From the NCBI RefSeq assembly GCF_001194135.2, contig NC_068992.1, positions 13,634,161 to 13,697,534 on the forward strand: a stretch of DNA of 63,374 bases, read 5' to 3'. The position numbers were made by a program, and so were the translations under genes. Positions within the stretch are counted from its first letter, which is position 1. The number at the start of each line of letters is the position of its first letter. The DNA is from Octopus bimaculoides. Taxonomy: Eukaryota. Of the stretch, positions 41,911-54,485 are shown in pieces. The notes under the pieces are model-generated. The model did no database searches and had not been told where the DNA came from. It saw nothing but the letters and a program-made list of their open reading frames with translations.

Positions 41911-43017
41911 CTCAAAACTGTTATTCTCTCAAGTTAGAATCAATTTTTTTACATCGAACATTTTGCAAAATAAAATAATATCGAACATATAAAATTAAAT
42001 GTACGGTGGAACATCTGTATTATATCTGGGTTCTTGCCTAAGCTTTTGCCTTTTATTTGCTTAGTCAGCACGTCACTTTATATGAAACTGCTTAATTACT
42101 TAATAGGATTAGTGTGGCCTTAATTGAAAATTTGTATTCAATTCACACATGGTGACAATTTCTTCTCCTGACGTTTCGTGTCTAAACCTAAAATTCCAGC
42201 AGGAAAATAGAAAACAAAGGAATTATATTAATCATACAATAATTACCGTTATCTTCATATGAAAAGAAAAAAACAAATAAAAGATAAGAAGGATATCGAA
42301 GAGGAGAACAGTGTAAAAATGGAACAGAGACTGGTGAAGATGTGGGTTGAGAATGTGCTTGATGACGATAATGATTACGTTGTTGAAAGGAGAACAGGTA
42401 GGCGGATGAGGAAGTAAAAATTTGAACATGGTGCAGTTAACAATGGAGAAATAATAATGGTGAAGATTACTAGTGGTGATTAGGACAAGTAACAGCGGAA
42501 TGAACATCAGGTTTATGGACGGTAGTGTCTTTGTGGATTGTTCCCAAGCTGCTGCTGATGAGGGTGGTGGGTAGTGCTGGTAGTGCTGGCGGTGGTGGAC
42601 GTGGTTTTGATGGTGATGATGATGATGACGACGACGACGACGACGACGAAGATGATGATGGTGATGATGATGAGGGGGAGGAGGAGGACCATAGATAGCT
42701 GACAATAATGATCAAAAATAAAAATAAAATATGTTAATGCGAAGACGAAAGAACACGAAATTATCAGGTTATGGTTTCAAGAACAAAATATACGAAAACC
42801 CAGGGGGCTAAATTTCTCGGAAGGGGGGACCCAAGGAAATGAGTAGTGCATAGACTGGGTAGTTTGAAACAACGTGAATTCTATAAGGACGATAGATGGG
42901 TGAGAAAAAGTTTCTTGACACGTAGTGGGTTGAGATCATTGAGCTGCCAGAAACAGACATCAAAATAGTTCCGATAGATAAAAAAAATTGAGATAGCTGA
43001 AACTGATGCTGGGACGT

Positions 43018-43052
<35 letters not shown>

Positions 43053-46000
43053 ATACCAGTCATATCGAATGTCATACGTTCTCAAATATCTGGAAGCATT
43101 GTAGTAACAAAATCGACATCAATATGCAGGCAACACTCCTCCGTCTTTATCGCATAAGCGTTGGCGAGTATCAAAAATTGTTGTAGTTTTAAACATATTC
43201 TGGCTTTGAAGAAAAATGCCAGTGGTAGCGATGCAGTTCTAGGTAAGTTTAGTATGTGATTTCGCAACGTGATTGACGCCTGCCATTTCAGAAAATCTTT
43301 AACATGAATAATTGTTGATTAGAATTTCCAGAAGGAGCATTGTACGATGAATCTTTTATTTTAAATTGTTCTCTTTCCTTTTTCTTGTTGTGGAATGCGA
43401 CAAGATCTTTATATAGCGATTGGCGGAAGCTTTTAATTTCTTTGTTTATGTAATCTCAAATATTACGTATCTCTACCCATATGTCAATTATTTGTTTATT
43501 TTAAATAGATGCAATCCGTAATAAAATCAGATGTGATGAACAAGCAAATTTAAAATGATTATAGTGATTTCTTAGTCCTCTGATATTAAGTGATGGGCTT
43601 TTCACAAGAAATTTTGAATTATATATATTTCTATTCTTACAGTTGAAATTTAGAAATGTGCTATATCAAAAGCTACAAGACGCTGAATTCCACTCGAAAG
43701 CTAACAGTTCAAGAATTTGAAGTTCCTAATTCAATATATAATATCCCAATCAATAAATAATTTCTAAACGCAAAGATTAAATTAAATGCTTGTTTGATAA
43801 CATACATATTTTCACAACATACATATAAACCCATTGATGTTGTTATATTTGTTTAGTCACTGTTGTCGTTATATTTGCTTAGTCTCATGGGCGTACAGAC
43901 AAGTCATATCTTTGATCAAAATCATTTAAAATGTCATAGTGCAACCTCTACCTCAAATCGTTAATGTATTCATAGACATACTTCTTTCCTTTGCAAACCC
44001 TTCATATTCTTTTAATGACTGCATAAAATACGTTGGAGTCCAGAATTATCAACATTTTATTGATGATGCAACGTCTCTTTAATCAATGGATACATTTGAC
44101 TATACTCGATATACAAATCATTTCAGGATCAAACGAAGAATCATAACATTAAAATGATACATATTATTACTGAACTGTTGTGGTTGGTGCTGCTACTACT
44201 GCTGCTGCTGTTATGGCGTTGTTGTTTAGCCTGCATCTGCCTTAATCAGATGACTTCGGTTAAACAACTATAATCAATGACATTCAAGCTGTGAACATGC
44301 CTTTCAAAACAGATCTTTGCTTTTATGAGAATATTATTCGATAAAGGATGATTTGCTTAATATTTTATAATAGACGAGTGAAAACGTGGCTTATCCTACT
44401 AAAAACGCTTGTAAGGGCATATTATGTATACAGTTCAGCGTCTTGTTCTTTCTGATAGAAAATATATCACGCATTAACTAAGTAGCTTTGAATAAATCAT
44501 TCAGACATTAAATTAAGTAACTCTGCATCTATATGATTTGACGGCAGCTATGTAATTGAAACCGTTTTCCATGCTGAAAATCGCATGAGTTGTCTGGAAG
44601 CTACAGTTCAATCGCAACAAAACACTTGCAAATTATAAATATATACTGGATGTTATTTAAGGAGTCTTATATATAATAAACTATCGCATTTAATGCCGGA
44701 TAACATTTAAATTGTATACTGTGTTAAAGAAGAGAAACAGCTTAGGAAACTAAAAAAAAATATTTCAAAATGGTGACTGAAGCGAAGTGGCATTATTAAC
44801 TTGATATTATCAAAATTTCCTTCGGCACGAAATATCATTTTCGTTAAAAATATATTCCGAATACAGAGGAACAATTTTGAACATAACTTCTACTGAGTTT
44901 GCTTTGTCATTTCATTGAGAGTAAAACCGGTATGCTTATTTCCAAACTATAGTCAGTTTTCTTCTATCACGTCGCAGTTTTATATACAGCCTATTCTCAG
45001 AAGAAACACAACTGCATTGTTTAACTGTAAGTAATAGGGTTGGTCAGCTGCTTTAATTGTCTGTTCTATAACACTTTCATGAAAAAATATATATTTGTTG
45101 TTATGCTTTCTACGACTGGTCCTACCTAATTTGATAGTGATGGGTTCAGAAATGCTCTCAGAAATATTCGATCAGGTCACGGTTTTCGTTAAACATAAAT
45201 TCATATTTTTACCAATAAAAAATGTAAATTTTGTCATTAAATGCATTACCTAAATAAGAAACTAACACTAACCAAATGGTATATTTTATTGTTTACAAAT
45301 ATATTGCACGCAGTGTTTAATTACAGATCTTGGGATAGATACTTCTTTGAAACTGGGGGTTTTAGCTACACAAGAAGTGAATTTTTTCTTTGCTGCTTTG
45401 CCTGAATAGTTAACATCACGACAGTCGCTTTGCAAAGACCAGCGGTAGCCAGCCATGATGCTGGCGTTCCACCTGCTTTGATACCTAATCTGCATGGTCT
45501 CGATTTCATCTTTCTCCTTTTCCATCACTTATTGCAGTATGATTTTCAATTAAGTAGTCCAGATGACTGCCGGAAATGTTTATACCTATTGCCACATGGG
45601 TATAAACAGGATCTGCACAAATATTTCATAATTTGATGATTTCCTGTTTCCCAGAAGATCAGAAACAACAGTAGCCAAAGCAGGCCATGTTTCCTTTTCA
45701 ACTCCAGACATGATTTCTAAAAATGGCTCGTCTTGCAGTGGCCACCTAATCTGTGAAACAGATTCATTTTCTCACAAGACAAACATGGAAACTAGGTACT
45801 TAAGTATTTTAAACAGTCACTGACTCAGTCTACGCATATTATGGGGTTCTCAGGCTTCGCCATTATCACCCAGTTCCATGTGAAGGTAAGTAAGGTAAGC
45901 TTCCCTCATAAAATTTGTGATTTTGTTTCACCTGTTAGGTAAAGTGCAGCAATCACAAATATTGCAGAACACCTCGGGGTTGTTTTCGCATTTTCTTCTT

Positions 46001-46066
46001 TCACAACTAGCCATTTTGCTGGAATACAAAGCATGTATTCAAGCCAGTTGATACCTAATAGAATTA

Positions 46067-46112
46067 CTTTCAGAATTGTCAACTTTCAGAATTGTCTGCT
46101 TTCAGAATTGTC
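46067..46112. repeat. 16-bp tandem repeat x3
   Basis: CTTTCAGAATTGTC starts at 46067, 46083 and 46099. Confidence 0.9.
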
Positions 46113-46458
46113 AATTATTTTTTAAGCAACTGCAGATTTGTGATGGCAAAGTTTCATAAAGAGCATACTTGCCATGGAGTTCTTCCTACTGCTCTTTGAC
46201 AATGCTTGACAAAAATGTGACCTTCATCCATGTGATCTGACAATTAAAACAAAAATGTTGTTTTTAAATTACCAATTTTCATATAAAATAATTAAAGGTT
46301 CAAGAAAACATATTTTATTTGGTTTCCAATCTTAATCACACTAAATGAAACACAGTGTAGGCATATCTGCAGACAAATTGCACAAATATAAGGCATGTAT
46401 GACGTCAAGGACCACACAGATGTGTAGTTTATTAACGTCTAATTGGATAAAGGACATA

Positions 46459-46500
46459 AACCAGTTTTAAATGTCATCATCATGACATTTAAAACTGGTT
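46459..46500. repeat. Perfect 19-bp inverted repeat with 4-nt spacer
   Basis: AACCAGTTTTAAATGTCAT-CATC-ATGACATTTAAAACTGGTT. Confidence 0.95.
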
Positions 46501-48440
46501 AGATAGAAAATAGTAAAAGTTACTCAAGTTTCATGCTCTTTTTATTTATATTTAAATTGTTTTTACTTTTGTTTTCACTTTTGTTTGACTTTTGCTTGAC
46601 TGTTGTTTTCACTTTTGTAGTTGCATTTACATAAATGATATCGAAAACTATGTTTTCAAAGTTATGTCAAACACCATACATGGGTTTGCGCTTGATGAAG
46701 CAAACTCTATCCTTAAAGATAGTTTCCTTACAAGAAATATTGAAAACTGGACATTTCAGTTTGTGACAAAAGTTATAGAGCAAAATAAATTTCATTTTTG
46801 AAAGCAGCACCCCAATATTACTAGGAAACACGTCTCCGACACCAGACAACAAAAAACATGTTTCCCAGTGTGATTTACATTAGTACAAGTGTCCATATTT
46901 CAGGTCACACACGCTTTCATAATCATTATGCATGTCTGCATTTAATTTAATGTAATTTATTAGAAAGAAATTTCAAAGTTGTTACTGACAATTTTTGAAA
47001 CTAGAAATCAGTAACTGCATTAAAAAGAGGTGAATTAAATAGACTATATCACTCTTCGATTTGTGTAGTAATACGCCCAGGTTAGAAATCAAATCAGTTC
47101 TACAATATAAAAATAATATATAAAATTTTGAACACACATCTAAGCTCACTCGCCGATAAAAAATTTGTGAGGTGTGAAGAAAAAAGGAAAACAATATGTT
47201 TACACCCAGGCTTGAAGAGAAAAATCTGAAGCAATTTTCTTCGTAGTGTAAAATCAGTAATCTCTGAAACACCTTCGTCTGAATCCAGAGATTTCTTTGT
47301 CTTTAATTAACATTGATTAACGGTTCTGCTTTACATCACTATTGATAATACGATTGACGTGTATTAAAGCCTGCCTTCAATATTTAAAAAACAAAATAAG
47401 AAGCAGAGTAAAATTGTGTTGAAAAAAGAAAACAAGTACAAACCATACAAAACAATATGAATATTTTAACTGAGAAAATTCATTTGTACATTAAAAAATT
47501 AAAACAAATGACAAAAAGTTTTGTTGAAACACAGATCAGCTGTTGACTAGGAATTAGCAACGGTTTTAACTAGCTATGCAATTAAATGGATTATATTTAA
47601 ATAAATTTACACGAGGTACTCAATTTTAGCATTCAGGTACTAGGCCAAACGGTCTCTTATCATTACGACACATGTAGCAAAATCACTTCCTACCATATCT
47701 ATTTTTTTAGAATGTGAAATAAAATATCAAACCATAACAATGGCATACAGCTTTGTGCCGACTGAGACACCAGAGTAATGACAGGAAGAATAGTTGACTG
47801 CTTACTTATTTCTTGAAAGAGGAGCTGTTTTGTTCCGTGCAGAAACTAAGATCTTAAAACAAACAGAGCCGAATAGTTCATTAACAGTTGTGTTAAACAG
47901 CAAAATGTTCTTTTATAATGATTTAACCCCAATGCAACACTATTTGCATTCTTATACTATTTTAAGTCATTTTAGTCTCGACTGCCCCGTCTTCACTGCA
48001 GAGATTATCTAGGGTTGTCATTCCATTTTTGAAGAGATACAGGCATGAAATGAAATATATTTTGTTGCTAGTAAGACAAAGTCCTAGGTAAATTCTTTCC
48101 CTTTAACTCAAGTCTCAAATGCAAATGTCTCGCGAAATTTAGTTGTATACACTTGAATGATAGCATCTGGTAATATCAATATTATTATTGTAACACAGAT
48201 GCAACGTGCCTGATTCGAAAGCATGATTGAAACCATTCTAAATATACCATTAAGGCTACTGCCTCGGTAACCAAAATTTTACAAAAACTAGTTTCTACCC
48301 AGCAACCGAGCGGCATGCAACAAAACGAAACACGATGTGAAAATTTGAAGGAAAATCAATAGATGTTTGCTACATAATATCTGCATTCAGCTAGATGACA
48401 TGAATGCTTAAGGAAGGATATTTATTAAATTATTATAGAC

Positions 48441-48780
48441 GTGGCATCTTGGGCAAGTGTCTTCTACTATAGCCTCGGGCCGACCAAAGCCTTGTGAGTG
48501 GATTTGGTAGACGGAAACTGAAAGAAGCTTGTCGTATATATGTATATATATATGTATGTGTGTATATGTTTGTGCGTTTGTGTTTGTTTCCCCAACATCG
48601 CTTGACAACCGATGCTGGTGTGTTTATGTCCCCGTAACTTAGCGGTTCGGCAAAAGAGACCGGTAGAATAAGTACTAGGCTTACAAAGAATAAGTCTTGG
48701 GGTCGATTTGCTCGACCAAAGGTGGTGCTCCAGCATGGCCACAGTCAAAAGACTGAAACAAGTAAAAGAGTAAAAGAGTA
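48441..48780 (+). mobile_element. SINE family B (CORE-like, OR-type), 5'-truncated, low divergence
   Basis: CTTGGGCAAGTGTCTTCTACTATAGCC (CORE-like CTTGGGCAAGT), internal (AT)/(GT) tract, and 3' GACTGAAACAAGTAAAAGAGTAAAAGAG tail. Confidence 0.85.
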
Positions 48781-49739
48781 ACCATGCAGAAATTTATATC
48801 TAGTGAAAAGTCTTGGTCTCATTTTCCTCCAAGAAATTATATTACCTCTGGCAACTGGATTGGCAACCCAAAGCAATCATTATGTTAAAAACGCAGTCAA
48901 CTTTTTAAAATGTGTAGATATAGATGACAACTTTGAATATAATTAAACCAGCTCCTACACTTCAAAGTTATTACACCATTTGCAACTTAGACATATAGGC
49001 ACGTAATATAAAATCGAAAATACGTTTAGATAGTCTCATATATATTGTTATAGTGTAGAACGCCTCGGTGTATGTATGTATATNNNNNNNNNNNNNNNNN
49101 NNNNNNNNNNNNNNNNNNNNNNNNNNNNNNNNNNNNNNNNNNNNNNNNNNNNNNNNNNNNNNNNNNNNNNNNNNNNNNNNNNNNNNNNNNNNNNNNNNNN
49201 NNNNNNNNNNNNNNNNNNNNNNNNNNNNNNNNNNNNNNNNNNNNNNNNNNNNNNNNNNNNNNNNNNNNNNNNNNNNNNNNNNNNNNNNNNNNNNNNNNNN
49301 NNNNNNNNNNNNNNNNNNNNNNNNNNNNNNNNNNNNNNNNNNNNNNNNNNNNNNNNNNNNNNNNNNNNNNNNNNNNNNNNNNNNNNNNNNNNNNNNNNNN
49401 NNNNNNNNNNNNNNNNNNNNNNNNNNNNNNNNNNNNNNNNNNNNNNNNNNNNNNNNNNNNNNNNNNNNNNNNNNNNNNNNNNNNNNNNNNNNNNNNNNNN
49501 NNNNNNNNNNNNNNNNNNNNNNNNNNNNNNNNNNNNNNNNNNNNNNNNNNNNNNNNNNNNNNNNNNNNNNNNNNNNNNNNNNNNNNNNNNNNNNNNNNNN
49601 NNNNNNNNNNNNNNTATATATATATATATATATATTCATTCATATTTGAATTTTACATGCAAACAAGATATAAGACGTCTTAGAAACATTCATGGATACA
49701 AACGTTACCAAACGATTTTAAGGCACGTTATGCTCAGGA

Positions 49740-50157
49740 GCAAGATTGACTGTGTGATACGTTGTGTGCCTAGGAACCACTTGTTTCTGGGTTCAATCTC
49801 ACTGCGTGGCAACTTGAGCAAGTGTCTTCTGCTATAGCCTTGAGTCGACCAAGGCCTCGTGAGTGGATTCGGTTGACGGAAACTGAAATAAGCCCGTCGT
49901 ATATATGCGTGTGTATATGCATATATGTGTGTGTGTGTGCGTGTGTCTGTGTGTCTGTGTCTGGGTTTCTCCGCCGCCATCACGTAATAACCGATGTAGG
50001 TGTGTCTATGATCCCGTAACTTAGCGGTTCGATGAAAGTGATCGATAGAATCAATACTAAGCTTACGAAGAATAAGTTCTGCGGTCGACTAGTTCGACTA
50101 AAGGCGATGATCCAGTATGGCCGCAGTCAAATGAAACAAATGAAAGAGTAAAAAAGT
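49740..50157 (+). mobile_element. SINE family B, near full length, diverged
   Basis: B-box-like GGGTTCAATCTC, then the same body as 48441-48780. Confidence 0.85.
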
Positions 50158-52612
50158 TTTTTTTAAACACCTTAACCGCCGCCTATAATAAATAACTTAT
50201 GTGACACCATATGTGGTAAGAACATTGAGGATAGTATTGTCTTTCCAATCAAGTAATTCAAACAACCAAAGCATTTATAAACTAATTGACGAGAACTTAT
50301 AATAACACTGCAATCTACTAATTAAACACAGTTAAGCGTACAAAAGAAATAAAACACTAAGGATTATTTCATGCATTTCATTAGATGAATTACTACTGTT
50401 TTATAGAAATACAAGACTTAGATGTTAAAACTATCCTTTCAAAAAAATCACATTTGCATCATACTATAATTTACGAATTGTTTTAGGTGGCAAAATAGGG
50501 CCTATCAAAACAGGGGTCTACCCGTAGCAGGGAACTGATATTCAATATCTCAATTCTGTACAAATGAAATACGTGTTTTATGATGCTACCGCACGTGATT
50601 CTCTATATAAATATTGATGTAAAAAATAACATGCATTATTACAACAGATACAGTAAAATTATAGAACATTCGTTTTATTATCCATTCGCATATGTGGCAC
50701 ATGCAGACTAAACAGTATCCATGATGCTAATATTATATCATTCAAATGATTGTGCTGCTCTTCGTAATGTATTCACGAACAAATCTTGACTGTTTCACTT
50801 TAGCTGTTTCGTTTCTATACGTGACTTACGGAGCTCCAGAGGTAATTAACAGTTATACATAAAGCCACGCAGTATATTAAATGTGCTGAATATTGACAAA
50901 CGTGGTATCCCGGCACAGGAAACATGACAAAGTCCTAGTATTATATATGGAAATTGTCTTTCACTTATTGCAGCCGGAATTTGAAAATGCAATAGTATCG
51001 AATATAGAATAGAACTCAGTAAAACTTCTCCATGATGTAACAACGAACAATAAGTGAAACTTGGATTTTTTCTGGAAAGGGAAAACATTCATTTTACAAA
51101 GATCATTGATAGTTAATTGTGTCTATATGTCAGAAAAGTACTTAATTATTTTGGTTATTTTAAGCGTACATACAAGTGCTTGTACGTTTGCAATACATAT
51201 GCACACGCATATAATTAAGTATATGTATATCCACAGAAAAAGGACACATTGCAAGTCAGACTGACGGACATATTGAATTAGCAATAGATAAAGTAATTAG
51301 AAGCTTGTTTTTCAGGTGTGTCATGAGGTTTATTTGCAATATATTATATTAATATTTGTATATAAAAATATTCCACATGCATTAACTTATTTAAGTAAGT
51401 ATATTATTTAAAATATACGTATCACTTGTATTCTAAGTTTCAATAACACATCGTATTCATCCTCATAAAATATGCTGCAATTTTAACAAACTTTTCCCTC
51501 CACCAGAGCAAAATGTGGTGGATAGTAGAGAAGATATGAGGCTACAATCGATATAATTTAAAATTTGCCTGAGACAAATATAATAACGCATATATTTCCA
51601 CAAGTTTGTCATTTTCCCAATAAATCCATAATAACGGAGACATTTTCCGTAGAATAGAATGACTAGAATTAATCAGGTCATTTCCGAAACATTACTCGAA
51701 ATCTCAAATCGATTCCATGTTTTAATAACCGTACCCTTCAAAAAAATTCACTGATTATTTCAATATATATATGGTTTATCTTGACCAAACAAATTTTTCT
51801 TGTTGTCAATATTTACGCTTTTAATGCACATAGCATTTGTTCCTTATATATCGATATATGTATTATCGATAAATTAAATATGGTACATGGAACTGCATTT
51901 TAATGTTTGCTTATCCCAGTTTTCTTTCTGGTATTTTTTTTTTAAATATGATGAAGAAAATTCAATATATTTTGGATGGCGAAATCCGGTGATAAATTTA
52001 CGTTTTGGTACTGGCAAATATGAACATTTATAAATTAAAGTTCATTGGAACGCTTTTTATTTTATATTAAGAAATGGGGGAATGCTCCAATACCAGTAAT
52101 ATTCTTATAAGTAGTTAAAAATCCTTTTTCCAATAATGCAGAAAGAATTCCGACAGTAATGAGAATGAAATAAATATCACAAATACAGAAGAATCAAAAT
52201 TCGGAAGGCAGACAACAGTATCACAGCCAAGGTTCTGCAACCCAATCGCATCTTTATGACGGAGCAGCGAAGAAACCGCTCGATTTTCACCCAAATTTCT
52301 AGAAATTGGTAAAACTCCGCCATTCGTTCAAGAATAAAGCACATTACATTAAAAGATATTTCTATTTAAAAATCAGTAGGTAATTTCTCTTCAAAATATA
52401 TGGGTCTGTATTTGTGTCTATGCTCTCTTTACTGATAGAAATGTAATTATATATGTATAAATTAAATGTGTCCATATTTATATATATTCATACACACATA
52501 TATGCATTCTGCATACATCTATATATACATACACATCCATCAAATTTACAATATAATCCAGTTGCAATAAATTACCATTCCTGGATATCCACATAAAAAT
52601 ATAGAACTCCAG

Positions 52613-52850
52613 TCACAACAGACATATTTTACAAGAAACTAACACCTAAGGAAAGAGTTAATGAAAGCACGATTCCGTTCCTTAACACACAGGGTCCTGG
52701 AATAATCAACATCTTTCACACCATAAAATCGCACTTACCTATACTCCTATAAAACCCCAAAATGAAAAATCTGATTGAAAAAAACACCTTACGAAATAAT
52801 AGACGCCAACCAAAAAATCTTTAAAAACACCTCACGAGGGCAGAATTGAA
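52613..52850 (+). mobile_element. Second PLE fragment (post-RT linker region)
   Basis: Plus-strand translation STIPFLNTQGP..IFHTIKSHLPILL*NPKMKNLI..NRRQPKNL*KHLTRAEL resembles the IPF..P / LPIL..DPKM / RQPKNLK.LLT.A segment between PLE RT and GIY-YIG domains (recalled family pattern). Confidence 0.6.
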
Positions 52851-52859
52851 AATTGAATG

Positions 52860-53675
52860 GTTGAAGATAAAGGGAAGAATTCGCATTTTTTATTCCAAAT
52901 GTGCCTCATCTCCACAAATGTTCAGGTATATATGTTTGGCATTCGGATGTTCTGATACGGGGAGTATTAGAAGGTTTCTAAGTTTAAAGTTACGTCTAGA
53001 AAATTTGTGGTTTCCAAAAGTAATAGATAGATTGGGGCTAGAGAAAATTTTGTGTAGATCTTTCATAGTTCGTTCTAAAGAGAATGTATTTAAGATCTTG
53101 GTGACTAGCAAGGCGTCATCTCTGTAGAGCTCTCCCTTGATGTTAGGGAAATGTATCCGGAGCTAGTGGAGTATGTATAGTCCGACGGGGTCGGTGACAT
53201 GGGTGAAGCCGGATGATCCCATAGTAATGTTAAATACTTTGTTATGGTTATTGTTCGAGTTAGCACCAAAGTTTGTCCTCAAAAGAAATAAGCGTTTACG
53301 GTCATTAAGCATTATGTTAATTTCTAGTGGGTTACGTTACTTAGATTCCTAGCTAGAAGGTTCGCTTGATTAAGAAGTTTGTGAGAAATAGAAGTTTAGT
53401 AATTGTTTATATCGAATTGTAGGAAAGAAAAAGTGTTTTTGCTGTTTAAGAGATGGAATCATGTTATCGCTTCACCTGTACGGGATCATAAGTTGACATT
53501 TAATTCCTCTTTGACGATTGGCATTATTTTATCAAGAATATTTTTGCGTATTCTTCCTAGCTCGGATGTAGCAGGGGATAGTAGGGCATATGAAGCGTAT
53601 CGATGGCTTAGTTATGAAGTCCTTATGATTTGTAAGGTTGAAGTGTGATGTAAGGCAGTAGGGTTCCTCCTATAC
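52860..53675 (-). mobile_element. Penelope-like element reverse transcriptase remnant (stops and frameshifts)
   Basis: Manual minus-strand translation gives HKDFITKPSIRFI..SPATSELGRIRKNILDKI..SFLQFDINNY*TSISHKLL..FNITMGS..VGLYIL..GELYRDDALL..HPNAKHIYLN. This matches PLE RT motifs (RLINPAKSE, FDI.DFYPSI, TMGS, YRDD). ORF-track entry 52890-53111 is part of it. Confidence 0.85.
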
Positions 53676-53959
53676 CTTCTTCTGTACCCATCACTTACTG
53701 CCATTCTAACATATCACTCCACCTCACACACCTCACACATACATCGTTACATACATCCTTATCTCTTCCTACCTATCCCCTACATCTCTCCCATCCCCCT
53801 CATAATATCTTGACCATTAAATAACACTCCCTTTTTCACATCCTTATACCTTTCATTTTCCCTCCCTCGTTCTTTCCTCCTTCTTTTCTCACCTATTCAT
53901 TTGACCTCTCTCTTCATTTTAACATATATATTTCTTCTCCCCTCTCTATCTACTTAATA

Positions 53960-54398
53960 CTACCAATATATTCTCAAATTTTCATTCACATCACAAGAAC
54001 CCTTTGAATGAGCATCACATAAAATCTACGTCTCCACACTTTCTATTTGCAATGACAAAATATGAACTCCTATCAGAATTTACATGCCACGGACGGAAAG
54101 CATTTCTACCACTTCTACACACCATTTTCCTTGGATAATGGAACTGTAACTATAATAGATTATACGCTTTTATTTTCATTTCTACATTCATTCTCTTATT
54201 TCCTTACATACTCCTTATCTGCGTCCTTTTCCAAAATAACTCCTGAACTCCAATAATTCCCTGTATTTAACCATCACACAACGTCTCTGATGAAGGGATA
54301 TCCCTAATATCCCAGAAACAGCTGTAAGACTAACTTTCTCTTTATAAATGTCCCGAAAATTCCACACAGCCATGGCTTTGTTGTCTCAGTTTATATAA
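53960..54398 (+). mobile_element. PLE 3' end / pseudo-LTR segment carrying the hammerhead
   Basis: Plus-strand peptide NEHHIKSTSPHFLFAMTKYELLSEFTCHGRKAFL resembles the PLE C-terminus (..KRSELISKCRH.RKF.L). It is followed by a T-rich spacer, the hammerhead and an end at an AC/AT microsatellite. Boundaries approximate. Confidence 0.55.
54283..54330 (+). ncRNA. Minimal type I hammerhead ribozyme motif (Penelope-type, palindromic helix III)
   Basis: Reads GTCT-CTGATGA-A-GGGATA-tccctaa-TATCCC-A-GAAA-CAGCTG-TA-AGAC. Helix I GTCT/AGAC; core CUGAUGA (54287-54293); helix II GGGATA/TATCCC; GAAA (54315-54318); minimal helix III with palindromic CAGCTG; GUA cleavage triplet. Lies within 1 kb of a PLE RT remnant, the known context of such motifs. 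Confidence 0.85.
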
Positions 54399-54436
54399 CA
54401 CACACACACATATCTATCTATTTATCTATCTATCTA

Positions 54437-54485
<49 letters not shown>

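Larger units (their letters stand above)
45072..46870 (-). mobile_element. Chapaev3-like (CMC) DNA transposon, internally deleted relic
   Basis: Minus-strand pieces: N-terminal MASCERRKCENNPEVFCNICD..ITNFMREAYLTY..ELGD..*EPH (about 45985-45820), and C-terminal QIR..MSGVEKETW..LLGNRKSSNY..SHLDY..AISDGKGER..MQIRYQSRWNASIMAGYRWSL (about 45760-45290). The catalytic middle is missing. Ends CACT (45072) and CCCAGTG (46870) are flanked by TAA and TGA. Family assignment is from recalled motifs; termini are less certain. Confidence 0.7.

Noticed and set aside
41476-41992. His-, Met- and Ile-rich ORFs
   Set aside because: These are translations of a (CAT)n array, open in several frames on both strands.
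14688-49837. Long ORF-track entries (170-294 aa) made mostly of X
   Set aside because: They only span N-gaps and flanking (AT)n. They carry no coding evidence.
52846-53648. + strand ORFs 52846-53127 and 53403-53648
   Set aside because: They are antisense shadows of the minus-strand PLE RT remnant.
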